Source: Paraphysomonas bandaiensis (Eukaryota; Protista; Chrysophyceae). Taken from it: DNA of 64,000 nt. The notes beneath the pieces are model-generated. The model was not told the origin of the DNA and ran no database searches. It worked only from the letters and a program-made list of their open reading frames with translations. The stretch's first letter is position 1, and each line of letters begins with the position of its first letter. The DNA lies in contig CBFFRP010000409.1 of the NCBI GenBank assembly GCA_965644295.1, positions 49,207-113,206 on the forward strand, read 5' to 3'. The position numbers were made by a program, and so were the translations under genes. This document shows positions 51,101 to 64,000 of this stretch, piece by piece.

Positions 51101-54100
51101 CCAATTGTACGAAGTGCCCCCCAACTGTTCCACATGCTTGCTGCCTGTCGAGGGTCATCTTCCCTACCTTCGGGAAATTCTCCATCACTATCGCTGTAGT
51201 TTGTGTCATACACACCACTCATTAAGCTGTCGGCACCCTCGCTCCTCACCGTACTACTTGCCATATCATCCAATTTAACCACCGGAGGCACGCCACTAGT
51301 CTCTTCATCTTCGTCCATTGCGTAGAACCCCGACATCTCAACATCCCGTGACTCGTCGTCGTCATCGTAGTCGTAATGGGGGAAGTATCGGGCTTCGTAT
51401 TCTGGGGAATCGTCCACTTCAGCTCCTGATAATGCGTCAAAGAATAGAATGATTAACAACTACAATCGTACCTTGATAAAAATCCTCGATAACTGCCATT
51501 TGCAGTCCCCCTTCAGATGTATCTTTCGACTCACCCGATGTAGATGAGGCGGCCGGCCGTACACTGTGATTGTCCACCACAGACACATCCACACATCCTT
51601 TCTCTTGTTGTGATGTTGACAAGGGTACTACGTCCATGTCTGTGGATGCAAGTGTTGATGCCATTCCAACATCAGTGGAATCGGCAAAACATTTCGCCCT
51701 AGGTCGAAACATGTCCTCATCTACGTCTTTCATCCAGGCGGCTCTGACAGAAGCAACACTTCCGTCGTCCAATGGAAGCGGTGAAATACGCACGGAATCG
51801 CTCGATTTCCCCATCTCAGCATCGCTTCCACTGCTACTCGCATCAAAAAAAACAACACTACGCTTGGCATTGCCGGAATTGTTGGCATAAGATGGTATTA
51901 AAGTAACTCTTTCTGTTTTAGGATTGGCATGGGTCCCGTCACACTGGAATTCAGACTGCGGGTCGTGCAATTTAGTACTTATACCACAATTATCAGAAGA
52001 CGCCGTGTAATGTCCCTGTTCTGACACTGAGAAAACAGTGTCATCATCACGATCATCTTCGTTTGACTCTGCAGGAATATATTGGGACAGCGATGCCAAT
52101 GTATCCTATCTCACAGGCAGAGAAGAAGTGAGGTCATTAGTACAACACATAAAAGCACTGCTTACCACCAGAACACGGAGTGAGTCCGCACAACCGTAAA
52201 AAAAGCAAGTCCCTCCAGCCAATTCAAATGCCATTGCAACAGGTCCACGAGATGCAGTCAAGTCCGCCCTGCCTCTACGATACATGGAATTAAGATCTAA
52301 ACGACAATCCAGATAGTCCACAGTGCCCATTCGAACAATAGAATGACTATCTAAGAAAGAATCAAAGTCGATTGTTAAAGAATTAGTAGTCCTCGTGGAT
52401 CTTTCCACATCTGAATGTGACGTGTACTCCTCTGGGTACATACCGCATATATCCACCGGACTCTGTTCCAACTTAGGGTCACGAGTCAAAACATTGCCAA
52501 CACGGAGTGACAGGTCCTTAACAGAAAGTTTAAGACCGATCCTGGGAGAGTTGGAAACCAAAGTAGAACTGAGGCCTAAGTGACCAACGGATATCAGCAT
52601 GCGACTTTCCGCCCGGCGTTTGTTATCTGCTTTATCTGACGGATGCAAGTGGGGCTGACAGATATCGACGAGCAATTTTCTCACGGAAACAGTAATCCTG
52701 GTCTTACCAAACTGGGTGACAGGTGGTGGCGTTTCTGGAGATGGCCCAGAACCTACATAAGCGTCCTGAGAAAAGAGCTCGGGGATGCGTGAAAACCAAC
52801 GAGAAAATGGATCGAACCGGTAGGTCATATCGCATAAAGACAGGTGGATATGAGTCGTCTTGAGCGCAAGTGCTTGGGACACAGACAAACTCGATGCCCT
52901 GGTAAAAGTAGAGGGTTCTTCACAGACGATTATGCGAGCACTAAGCACTCGGTGTGTTGGTCTCTGGAAGACACCAGACGTCTCTCTTCGAGTGCCATCG
53001 GGAGTGCCTTTGGCTTCCCCCATCCAGCTGGTCTCGAGGCTCGTTCTATGAATGAAAGGTATATTGTGAAGGGTTTGCGAAGTTCCATCCACCTCCCAGA
53101 ACCTTGCACCCTTGCAAAGGTCTCCTCTGCCGCATCCGCCTTCTGCCTCGGAAGTTGACATCTCGTAGAGTGACAGATCGCTTGCCATAAGCCCAACGTA
53201 TTGTTTGAAGCCGTCCACATTAGAAGACGAGCTATATACTTCCAAAAGGGGCTAGGAACACAAATGTTATCATAGCAACTGTGCTGTATAGACATAATCC
53301 TACCTGACGCACGGAGAGACAGTAACAAAGAGGCCCCTGCATCTGCGGTTTCGATGCATCTCTATTGCTGTCACTATCAGCAGGGTTGCTACAGTTGAGG
53401 CCGGCGTCTTGAGACAACCGAACGGTCAGCACATCCGACGACACTCTGACTCCTAGCACAGTGGGGGATACAGGAGAAGTAGTCCCCATTTCCCCATCTT
53501 CGCGCTGTCCTTTCATAACCGTGAACGATTGGGGTAAAACATTTCCAGTATTCAAACCCTCTTCACTGCTTAGGGGCGGCATAGAAGGTGAGAGAGCACG
53601 GATCACCGAAATTAGCGCTGAGTTTTCCAGTTGTCGCAAATCTACAATAACAGTTGTTGATACCTGTCCCCAGACGAAACTACCCACATACCTGCTCTCA
53701 CTGCATAAGCATCCACAGCAATTACTTCTCCTATGTCCAACTGTGGCATCTCGAACCTCTCTCCCAATCCAGGCACAGATTCCTCTACAGTAGTATCTCC
53801 CTTCTCCTCAAGCCCAACAGGTCCGGAGTACTTTTCTTTCATCACACTCACCTTCTTTACTTTCCCATCGCCACTTATGCTGAGGAACCCCAGTTCCCAT
53901 GTATCTATCACATATGGGTTTAACTTCTTAATCGCATCGTTTCGCCGTAGACGGCTTAGACGAAGAAAGCAGTTGATACGATCCACCTCCAGAGTTGTGG
54001 ACGACGAAGTTGCAGTGACAACAGGAGGTTTGCCCTTGGCAAGAGTTTCTCCCCCAGTGGATACATTACACGAGGTGAATGTCAGATGCAGTCCGCCCGC

Positions 54101-56790
54101 TACTACACGGACACAACCAGGAACATCACCCATTGCTGAACCAATTTTAGGAAATTCCTGGTGCACTATGCCCAAGGGGACACTCTTCAGCTTCTTCCAG
54201 CGCGGATTGGTCCATTTAGAGGTGGCAGCGAATCCCAGAGCAGAAGACATTGTGGACCAGTTGGGCACCCCGGCCGCGGCAGGGCCGGCGTAATCACAGT
54301 GGTGAGGATCATTAGACGGATCTACAAGTAGTAACGCATCAATAGATTTCACCTTGATCGTACATGAGAAGCTGAAAGGAGAAGACGTTGTCGTGGTGGG
54401 GACCATAAGTGCGGCTAAAATCCCACTCCACTTACTGACAACAGCGACTGAGAATTCACACCGAGCATGTTGCAGATCTACAGCTACGGTGGTTCCTCCC
54501 TCACTATACGGCCGCAATGCAGCATGCAAAGTTAACAGCGGCCCAGGTATCACCGTATTCCCTTCAGATGGATGGGATCCACTGGTCACGACACTGCCTG
54601 CTTCAGGTATAATCATGCTACTCTCGTCCGGTGCTGCAGATGTAAAGTGCAATATGCGCCTCTCAACGTACTGAGGAATAGACTCATTACCTTCATCAAG
54701 AGGAGATGACCTAAATGATACGCTCGTCTTAGATGTGCGTTCAAGAAGTGATATGTCTGCAACTGATGCTCGCAGAGAGGGTGAGGGGGGATCCCCTTGC
54801 TTTCCAGTGGCAGCACTTGGTACTGCGAACTGCACCACTGCGGTGCCCAAGTGGAGAAGAATAGATTCCGACAGAGTATCCGCATCGCGGTCATTCTCAA
54901 AGGTCACTTCTACTTCCTCTATAAATAGGCGGATGAAGCTGCCAGTAGCAGTTGCAGCTTTGTGTTGACTCCGAGACAAGTTCACGGACTCAGTGCTCAG
55001 TGAAACTCCACGGTGTCGCGGTGCACCTGTTTCAGAATGCGTGTTTGCTGAAGTGGTGTCAGCAGTATGAAACATATGAGACTCCAACAAGCTAGATGCC
55101 CTGATTAAGAGTGAGTATGGGTACAAAAATCATACATTCAACTTACCCATACAGAGATTGGGACATCGCTGAGTCTTTTGTCCGACGCCCACCCGATCGC
55201 ATGAAACCTTCTGATGTGTCGTGAAACTCAAATTCATCATCATCGTCATCGAAGCCACTTATACTACCGTTGCTTATATCGTCAGGAAACTCAACGTCAC
55301 TGTCATTGAGGTCAAATGAATTTTTCATGTCCTTTATTTCAGATGTCGCCTGCGTATAAAGCCGATCATGCCCTTCTCTCATGAGGCGCTCTCGAGTTAG
55401 CTGATACTACAATAACTTGTTATAAAATATTTGCAAATAACATAAATGCCGTACCTGCTGCATTAGGTGTGAGAGCCGTGAGAAGTTTATCTCTGAATTA
55501 TCCATGCCATCTGACTCCGACTGCTCCAGCCTTGATAACGCACTGAGAGTATGTGACAAGTTAAGTCGGTGGAGATTTTCTTCTAATCTCAAAATATCAC
55601 TGCCGATATCAGAAAAAGCCTCTGCTGTAGTTTTTCTAGCATGAGATTTTCGACCTGGTTCCTGCGTAGGCTCCTGTCCTTTGCCACTCTCAAGGTAGGC
55701 ACTAAGCACTTGCACTAATAGCCCAACTTTGGAGGAGCTCAAGTGACAACGCAGAGCTGGAAAAGAAAGGTCGACGTCAACTGTCCCAAGTGCAAGGGCG
55801 CTGCCTGCGACAGGTGAGCATTGTATCTCCATTTTACCGTCAGGCCCAAGGTGTAATACCTCGCCTCCATTACCAATAGCTGCACGAAGAACATCTAAAG
55901 GAGGCATAATTTCGTCATCTCCATTTGATTGAAGTGACAGAGCATCAACACTGAGGCTCTCCAGAGTAACGAGCTGCAGCAAAGATTCAGGATATCAAGC
56001 AGTATAATATACACCAACCTTTTTCGTGCTACTGTAGATTGCGGAAGTGGAGCCCGCAGAAAAGGAGTAAGAGCTAGAACTTGATGCATACACAGAGGCT
56101 GTGGCCACGCTTCCTCCTTCACCCCGTAGCAATCCGGGATGGGAGTTGTGGAAGTTCATACCTTTGAATTGAAGATGTACAGCTGGTATGGAGGCGGCGG
56201 TACAAGAAAGCGGGGAAGATTCCAATACAACAATGTGTAGATCTTCTATACTCACCTTTAACCGCGCAATTACAACTTCGATCCACTGCGCAATAAATCC
56301 CAATGACCCATCGTCTTCATCTGGGTGGGCAGATATGCCCACAGGATCACTGGGGGGCTTTCGACGATTACCTTCGGAATTCTTACTCATTTTCGGAAGC
56401 CGAGATGGTCGTGAGTGATGTGTGGTAGGCGCTACCAATACCCGCACTCCTTTGGAGACAACATTACAACCATCGCATAGTAGGGTGTTGTACGATATGG
56501 AAGCCTCCAATTCTGCGACTTCAGCTTCGATTATCACAAAAGGCGAGTTGGAAAGATACTCATTTAGAACCGCAGTGTTTAGACGTAAATCTCGAAGAAC
56601 AACAGTACCCTGTCGAGACTGCACATCCAGTTGCTGAACGGAGACCGTAAGGGCGATAGAGGGCAGACAGGAGCAGCATACATACCTCAAGGAGGAGCTC
56701 GCTCTCCAGATACTGACCAAGAACTCTCTTTAAAATAAATTTATACAGACGCCGAAGAGTCTGATCCTGTAGATTGTTCAACGAAAACAT
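48196..56790 (-). CDS. ATG2: autophagy-related protein 2 (multi-exon)
   Basis: Chorein-N RRLYKFILKRVLGQYL...QLDV...LRDLRLN; FFYGCADS; LKIDYSPK; C-terminal RALPVAVLRPTAGAAEALSYTLLGLRNNIDP. Confidence 0.93.
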
Positions 56791-57469
56791 ACTCACACTG
56801 CTCTATCCGTAACCCGATACAGAGACGCGCGCAGTTATTTTACAGTCGGGACCACATACACTAGACTAGATATGACTCAATGAAATTAAGAAACAGAACC
56901 ACTTCAGGTGCAGCGATTCACTTACTGTACATTGATGTACACATCCTGGAAGTATTGTATAGTATAGCACAGTGTAGTATGGTATCGTGTACAAGTGTAT
57001 AAGTTTGTGCAGTATCTCTTCGAAGAGTTCGGAGAACAAGTCGAATGCAATGATGTGTACTATTGTATACCATTCTGACATGCACAGGCTGTTGTTTAGG
57101 GGTATAAAAGTGAAGAAAAAGCGGACAAAAATGCCCCAAAAGTTCACTTTGTGGAAAATTCGCCACATTTGCTTTGCTGATACAGCTGTATAATGGTATA
57201 CAGCAGTATACTGGTATCAACACAATACGTTTTACACCATGTGTAAATAGCATATGGAATACAGTGTGTATTATGGTATTATGGTGTACCACTATGCAGC
57301 ATCGCTGAATGGCTGAATGGAGTATTTACTGCTGTCGCAAATCTCACGACAGGACTAGACAGAAGGCTACACTCAGGCTTCAAAATGTGATAGATTAGTT
57401 AGTGTTTTTCTGTTGTTCGGAGTTATGGACCTCTTCTTCTCTTGTGTTGTTATTATCTTTTAGGCAGAA

Positions 57470-60400
57470 ATGACTGCCATCGAAAAAGATCGATCGATGG
57501 ATTCCGCAGAGATGGCAGCCCCATCGCTATCAATCTCTAAGACTCCAATTAGTACAAGTCATCGAAATTTTTTCGTGGATTCCTCGTGCAGCGGTAGTCT
57601 CCCCGACAGCGATGACGAACAGAATAAAAGAGTCTGCGTGGAGGTAAAACTGACTGCAGAGCAGCTGAAAGAGATGATGAAGTGCAAACCATCAAAAGAT
57701 TGGGTTTCAAAAGCTGGGATATCTCTCAAACATAGCTTTCCAGAGCTCGCAAGAGCCTATGAAGCTGACGCTAAAGCAGATAGAGCAGCTCATCTAAAAG
57801 TGAATGTACGCTACTGTTTTACTTATATTTTGCTGTGTTTTATACGGTGTTGTAGAGATTACCCGTCCAGCCGATTCCTTTCGACGTAAAGTACAATTCT
57901 CTTTGCAATTGGAAGGCCGTACATACAGATGATCGAGTGTATACGGAGTACATGGTACTTATAAAGCATATCTTACTGCGCGAGTCGTCATTACGTCGGC
58001 TTGCAGCAGCAGTGGAAAATATTGATATGCTGTATTGGAAGTACGCTGCTGTGATCATAAACAGGCTACAATTTGATCGGTCTATTTTGACGGATGACGT
58101 ACAAGTAATGTTGATGCGCTTATCCATGCAGCATGAGGAGCTGGCAGTTGCGATTGCCCATCACAGGTCTCTGACGGTAGATGTTGTGGAGTGTGTGAAG
58201 AGGTGGGTTCATGTAATGGGGCTGCGCTTGAAGGCTAATGTGTGTTCAGATGGCGGCGAGTATGTCAAAAGAGAGTCTCTGTCGGAACCATTCCCTCGGT
58301 GTTCTTCGAGAATCGAAACTATCTAATGAAGATGGCCAGCGACACGCAGGCTGTATTCAGGACCCAGACGATGAAGATGTGGCTAGGATTTGAGCCGAAT
58401 ATGTTTATGATCCCCCCAAGGGGGCACGATCCTCACGCCCACAGGCTGGAGCGAGAGGGGAAAAGACGAGAGTGGTTCCGGCGCCGTGAGGCCTGGATGC
58501 AGGTGCAACTGGAACACCTTCGTGGGTTGACAGGAAGTAACACTGTTAATCACCATTTCTCTGGAGTACCCCACGGAGGAAATAGCCAGCAACTCGCTGG
58601 ATCACAGTCGTTGCCTTTGATAACCCGGAGCAGGGGAAGTGTTATGCGAGTCCAGTTGTCGGGCACTAAGTCTGCAACCATTCTTGCTGCTGTAAGAGGG
58701 GATGAATTTGACGAAACTCTTTCGTCGGTGAAATCCTTTTCAAACGATGGAGACGATACTGACGACAGTGCTGGAATGCGTGCCGGTAGAAATCGGATTC
58801 AGGAGGAGCTCTCTGAGGATGAAGGCAGCCGAAGTGTCGACGGGAGTAGTGTGGGAGGTGGGGGAGCATCATACGGTGACAGCCTTGCAGCGAGCAGCAG
58901 CACATATAGCGAGGCGGAGGAGGAGTGGCGGGAGCTAAGAAACAATTGCTTTCCATCTTGGGGATCCGATGAGGATCCTGATGCAAAGACTTTTTGGGAT
59001 AACTTTGATCTGAATCCTCTGTTGGTGGAAGCAGCCGTCGGATTTGTGGATGCCTTCCCTTCTATCTATCTAGTTCCACCAATGTCTCTTGCACTTGTAA
59101 ACCGGTGTGTACATTAATATTTCGCTTGCTTAATGTAACTCTTATTTATGTGTAGGTGCTGTAAGTGCGAGGCGGTAATCTGCGACGAGGAGCAATTGGT
59201 GTTGAAAACGGAGCGAATGCGTGCCGACTGTCACCAGTTGCGAGACGATATACTCCTCGATGAGCAGCTACAGAAGGCGTTAGCAGAATTTGACTCTAAT
59301 GACGTACAAGCACGGCTGATGTGCGAGCAGCTCATGTTGAAAACACGCCAGGAGAAGAATAAGATGAGAGATATTCTTCACTATCAAGAGATACGTCTCC
59401 AACGGAAGGCCGCTGGTGCAAAGCGATCGAGACATACCACCAGCCGTCCATCCACACCAGTTAACCCCTTTAGCGTATTTCTTACCACCACTGATGACAG
59501 AGTTTCAGATGAAGTGGTTGATTATAAAGTGAATGTCTATGACCTGCGGTTTCGCGTTGAGGATAAGGTCGAGAAAGATAGAAACCGATTGCGTCGAATC
59601 GGAAATGCACTCGTGATGGTGAAAGATAAACAGTTGCGTCAAGGCAAATCCACAACAGTCCGACCGAAACGCATGAATACAGTGCAGGCAGCCATACGAT
59701 TGCAGGCATTAGTCCGTGGTGCCCTTACGAGGTCTCGGCTGAAGAGACGTCAGAGGGCTATGGTGAAGATGGCTTCAGTAATGACGTTGCAGAGGGTTGG
59801 TAGAGGATTCCTCGCCAAGCTTCGTGCGAAAGTCGAAAAAAAGAATTACCGAAGGGAAATGCTGTTGCTACGAAAATCTATTAATCGAAGGAATCAAGCC
59901 TCGAATATAATTATTTACTTCATGCGATATGTGGTATTTCTGGCAAGGCGCGCGAGGTACCTTAGAAAGTATGATATGGAACTATTGGCATCTCGAGAAC
60001 CGGAGCGGCATAAGAAAATATTGAATGCCATAGTACGACTTCAAAAGGTTTACAGGGGACACAAGCAACGCCTGGAACTTACAAAATGGACCCAACAGAT
60101 GCGATCTCGTCGCTATTCGGCTAGACAAAGCTACAAATTTATTGATCTGGAGCGAAAAACTCACAACTTCACCATAGCTGGATCAGGTGGTTTTAAGTTT
60201 CGAAAGAAGAATAAAAGCAAGCTTCCGAAAGTAGACCCGAAAATAGTTAAGTTTATTCAAGAGCAGGGTGACTATTTTCAACTGCTCATCGCCTCTGATG
60301 TGAAGAAAAATGAAGAGGATGTTTCTGTCGATGTGTCCAGCTTGGAACTGGAAAGTACTCCAGATATTACTGTTAAGAAGTTGCGTTCGAGAAGAAGGAT

Positions 60401-60707
60401 TATTAGCTGTTTGCCGTCTGAGAGAACAACAGTTGCACCACCGAAGAAAGCTGTTATTGGGCCTAATACATTTGGAAGCTCGGTGGTTAGTACGAAAAGT
60501 GTTCTACGAGCCGTTCGCTCAAAAGAACGAACTTTTATAATTGACAAACATATTCAGAATGCAGTGCCAAGGAGTACGAATGATGCTTATATAAATCCCA
60601 ATGTTCATGTGCAAAGCTATTTAAAACCAGTTGTATTTACCTCAAGTTCGACGAGTTGTACAGATGACAAAGAGTTGACATCTTTGTTACGGAATGTATA
60701 TGGCTAG
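57470..60707 (+). CDS. IQ calmodulin-binding motif, coiled-coil protein (spliced)
   Basis: AAIRLQALVRGALTR, TLQRVGRGFLAK, VRLQKVYRGHKQR; possible unresolved intron or frameshift near 58250-58320. Confidence 0.7.
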
Positions 60708-61003
60708 TAATGTATATGTTTTTGTGGTGTTTTGTTGTGCTTGTAGTAAAGTGTGGTTGCATGGTATTTACATTATATACTTGTTGTGAAAAGATACTGT
60801 TCATTGAGAAGAAAAGTGAAAAAATGAATTATATAGTGCTGCGTGTAACACCTTTATGAATTATCTGTTCGCGATTTATTAATGAAGCGTATGTTGCGCG
60901 ATATCTTAGTTTTAGCTTTTCGTTATATGCGAGATGTGATCTTATATTTCATGCGCCGTTAGGCTCAGACCGTAGTCAACACATATTATTATGTATATTG
61001 AAA

Positions 61004-61451
61004 GTCTTATTATTAGTAATAGGCGTTAAAAACTTGCACCAACTTAGTAGCTAGATGAATGCTAGACAACCTAGTTAGACCTCTACCTGTAACTAATCAG
61101 TACACACTTTTTAACTATTTAACGCTACGGAAGGTGCTTGTGCGTCGCCGCAAGCACCAAGGTGCGACCACTTCCGCGCTGAGTTCTTAAGGTGAACATC
61201 CCGGATGCTTGACTTCAGCAGGCAGCCCAATACCCCGGTTACCCTTCAGGTGGGCCCTGTCCCGGATGCCTGTTTATTCGTCAGGGCTCAAAGACGTCTA
61301 CACAAGTGACACTTATTGGTGTCCCTTGTACCACACAAGCATTCGGCTATGAGTGGGCAGAACGTTATCTGCTGGCTATGTTTACGGCTCACGTTAGTTT
61401 CCCAGAGAGAATCCCTCCGGTACTTATCCCCCGGAACACCGCGAAAAGGTG
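61004..61451 (-). mobile_element. 5'-truncated, GC-rich copy of the ribozyme-headed element
   Basis: Colinear with the other copies; homology breaks at cacc (P3). Confidence 0.75.
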
Positions 61452-61643
61452 TGACGAAGCCCTCGCTATCATCATCTTCTTCAAATTGACAAATAATTGA
61501 AGCAGATTCTTGACAATTATACTTGCATATATTTCAATTTCAGTTTTAATTTTATTACAATTTCAATAATAATTGACTATTAAGTGTTACGTAGCCATAT
61601 GTTTCACAGTGTCGAGGAACGAGGAGTTATATTTAAAATAGTT

Positions 61644-61696
61644 AACAAGTCGGACTCCCACCTTTTTGTGGTGTTCTGGGGCCTGGGGAATAAGTT
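61644..61696 (+). mobile_element. head-only fragment of the same element
   Basis: aacaagtcggactcccacctttttgtggtgttctgggg. Confidence 0.7.
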
Positions 61697-61907
61697 ACCT
61701 TGATCAATGGACAATTGATACTATATACTATATGCTATCATAACTAAAAACAAACCAATTACCATATTCCATCAGCTATTTCATGTGTTCACAAAAGGGA
61801 CTGAAAAGTACCCAAATAGCGATACAGACACAATGCTAGATACTACATCAAACAGTTTTTAGTCTTGCATCATCTAGTCAGCTGAATTGACTGATATATT
61901 CTCATCC

Positions 61908-61978
61908 CCTCAACAAAGTCGGACTCCCACCTTTTCGTGGTATTCTGGGGAACAAGTACCGGAAACTAATGTGAGCCG
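61908..61978 (+). ncRNA. candidate minimal HDV-like ribozyme (P4 largely deleted)
   Basis: cggactccc-acc-ttttcgt-ggt-attctgggg-aa...ctaat-gtgagccg. Confidence 0.45.
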
Positions 61979-62304
61979 CATATATATAGTCAGCAGATAT
62001 TTTTCTGCCCACTCATAATCAAATGCTTGTGTGTAGTGTCACTTGTATAGACGTCTTTGGGTCTTGGCAAAGAAACATGCACCTGGGACTGGCCCACCTG
62101 CCGGGCATCCGGGGTTTTAGGCCGCCTACTGAAGTCAAGCATCAGGCTGTTCATCTTAAGGACAGAGAGCGAAAGTGGTTGCAGCTTGGTGCATGCGGTT
62201 TCGTAGCGCCAAATAGTAGGGTATCAGAGTTCAGAGTTAAGCACTCGATAGTTAAATTGTTTTGTTACATTTGTTCTGACTCCAACACGCCTATTGCAAA
62301 TAAC
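61908..62304 (+). mobile_element. internally deleted copy of the same element, both ends present
   Basis: cctcaacaaagtcggactcccaccttttcgtgg...acgcctattgcaaataa. Confidence 0.75.
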
Positions 62305-62490
62305 CACACATTCACTACATACTCTCATCCTTGTGCAATATGACCTGATGCCTCATACATATTAGCACTAACCTTTGACTCTTTTCAGTCATTTCAACTG
62401 TTCATTATTTCTATTCCTTACTTAGAAACTATACTGGCAACAAAAGTTGAATAATTTTCACAGAGTATGACGTCATCTCCACTTCCACAC

Positions 62491-63852
62491 TCACCATTCA
62501 TTAACCGATTCAAAAGCCTCTCCTATGTGTTCAAGAATGTCGGTTGTAATGGTCGCCCTTCCTCTTCGACGGTAAGCTAAATAGCTTGCTCGTTTGGTGA
62601 CCATGGATGCTAGTACAGCAGCTGAGGCCATAGCAGTCAGGCCGGTTTCTTGCGTGTCCACGCCATCATGATGCATGTTAAGAGCCCAGTGAAGAGCAAC
62701 ACCTGCACTACCAGCAAGTATATCACCCTGTAATAATAACAAAATACGAATAATTATGAATAAATATAAAACGCATTCTAGTATAAACAATAAATGCTAT
62801 TTGAAAGCATGCTCATCGGTATATGATAGCTTGTGAAAATATTATGAGCAGTACTCATCTACCCACCTGACCGCCACACCTCCGAGGCGATAGTTGATTT
62901 TCATCATGGATTATCTCATGCACCTCGACCTTTCCATCCTCTCGTAGAGCGCAAATAACATCATTTTTTCCCTTCAATAGAACAGCAGGGCCAGATAGAG
63001 ATGTGCATAAGGCTCTTAAGCGCTCGGTATCGCTGCTGCACATGTCCAACGATATCCCCTGATCATTTCTTACCTCTGTCTCTACACTACGAAGAAGCAT
63101 CTTGAACTCATTGGCATTCGGAGTCAGTAGACACCTGAAAATCATGTCATGTTAAAAGATATTGGAGCTACTTTTGAATATGGCACAGGAATAGATAATA
63201 TAGGCTACCTTGTATTTCCTCTGACAACACCTAGATTTTGGGACACCATATAGAGTCCATCTGCATCTATGACCACGCTTCGCACAGCCCACTTAGTACC
63301 AAAATAAGATCTAAAGTAGGTTACTTACGGTATATTCGAGTCTTTAGCCATTGTAAGGACGGTCGGAAGAGCGAAGAGTAATTTCTCGTTTCGTCCCATT
63401 CCCGGCCCCACTACAAGCACGTGAAGCCTGCCTATAACTTCCTCCAAATTGCTCCTTAATGACCGTGATAAGACCGACAAATCCATGGTGTCTAAATCAT
63501 TGACGTCGTACAATGGGGTCACCATTAGCTCAGGAGAATAACACTTTAGAGGAAGCGCTGCATCACTGGAACAAAACACAGAAACCAGATCGCCACCGAA
63601 CAAAAGGGACGCCTTGGCTGCATAATACGGGGCCCCTGTGTAGTCTTTAGATCCTCCTATAACACCCACCCTACCCATCTGACCCTTGTGAAACGAATGG
63701 CTTAACTTCGGCACTATGCTTCTGATGTAGTGAGCAGCCTCCTGACTTGATATTTGACGAACAGCCGCTGAACAGGACATGATCTCAGAGGAGTTAAATA
63801 GAGACAACTTGACGGCTATTATAAGGGCAACAATCTCATATTGAGAGTGCAT
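62491..63852 (-). CDS. NAXD: ATP-dependent (S)-NAD(P)H-hydrate dehydratase (multi-exon)
   Basis: HKGQMGRVGVIGGSKDYTGAPYY, YSPELMV, VGPGMGR, VIDADGL, LTPNANEF, RRCGGQGDILAG; start codon uncertain (63852 or 63780). Confidence 0.95.
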
Positions 63853-64000
63853 ATGAGGTGCTCGCAGATATGAGTCGGACTGTGTTGGAATATTCCTCTG
63901 CAGAGACTCTGTGCTGCTGTACTGTGTACCCGTACTGCTGTATACATGTATACAGCAGTAGGAATGAGTCATTTTTGTGCAGCCGGATTTTTGATTAAGG

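Noticed and set aside
53461-54968. Plus-strand ORFs inside ATG2 (similar ones inside DDB1, the kinase gene and SERBP1)
   Set aside because: Shadow ORFs of coding exons without recognisable motifs
61306-62343. ORFs 61306-61500 and 62023-62343
   Set aside because: They fall in the repeat family, whose copies carry frame-breaking indels; treated as non-coding

Overview
Eukaryotic nuclear DNA with short GT-AG introns (about 45-70 nt); the gene and TE content suggests a stramenopile/ochrophyte-like protist (inference). Host genes: DMAP1/SWC4 (first exon), a FAN1-like VRR-NUC nuclease with an N-terminal degenerate HAD domain, a small Cys-rich protein, an SVOP-like MFS transporter, eIF1 (spliced, missed by the ORF track), an NMNAT-like protein, DDB1, an ankyrin/pseudokinase/RBR-like protein, SERBP1/HABP4, a GT47 exostosin, ATG2, an IQ-motif protein and NAXD. 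Three nested TE clusters (about 13.9-23.9, 34.4-40.0 and 43.8-47.5 kb) hold Copia, Gypsy-like, Crypton (tyrosine recombinase), MITE and LINE fragments plus an orphan SET-domain ORF. The top candidate novelty is a dispersed ~380-450 bp non-coding element with 8 full or partial matches in 64 kb. Its 5' end threads onto an HDV-like ribozyme fold, and its 3' GNRA stem-loop and TAA tail are shared with LINE 3' fragments in the window, suggesting a ribozyme-headed non-autonomous retroelement and its partner LINE. All structures and homologies were read by eye and need computational confirmation.
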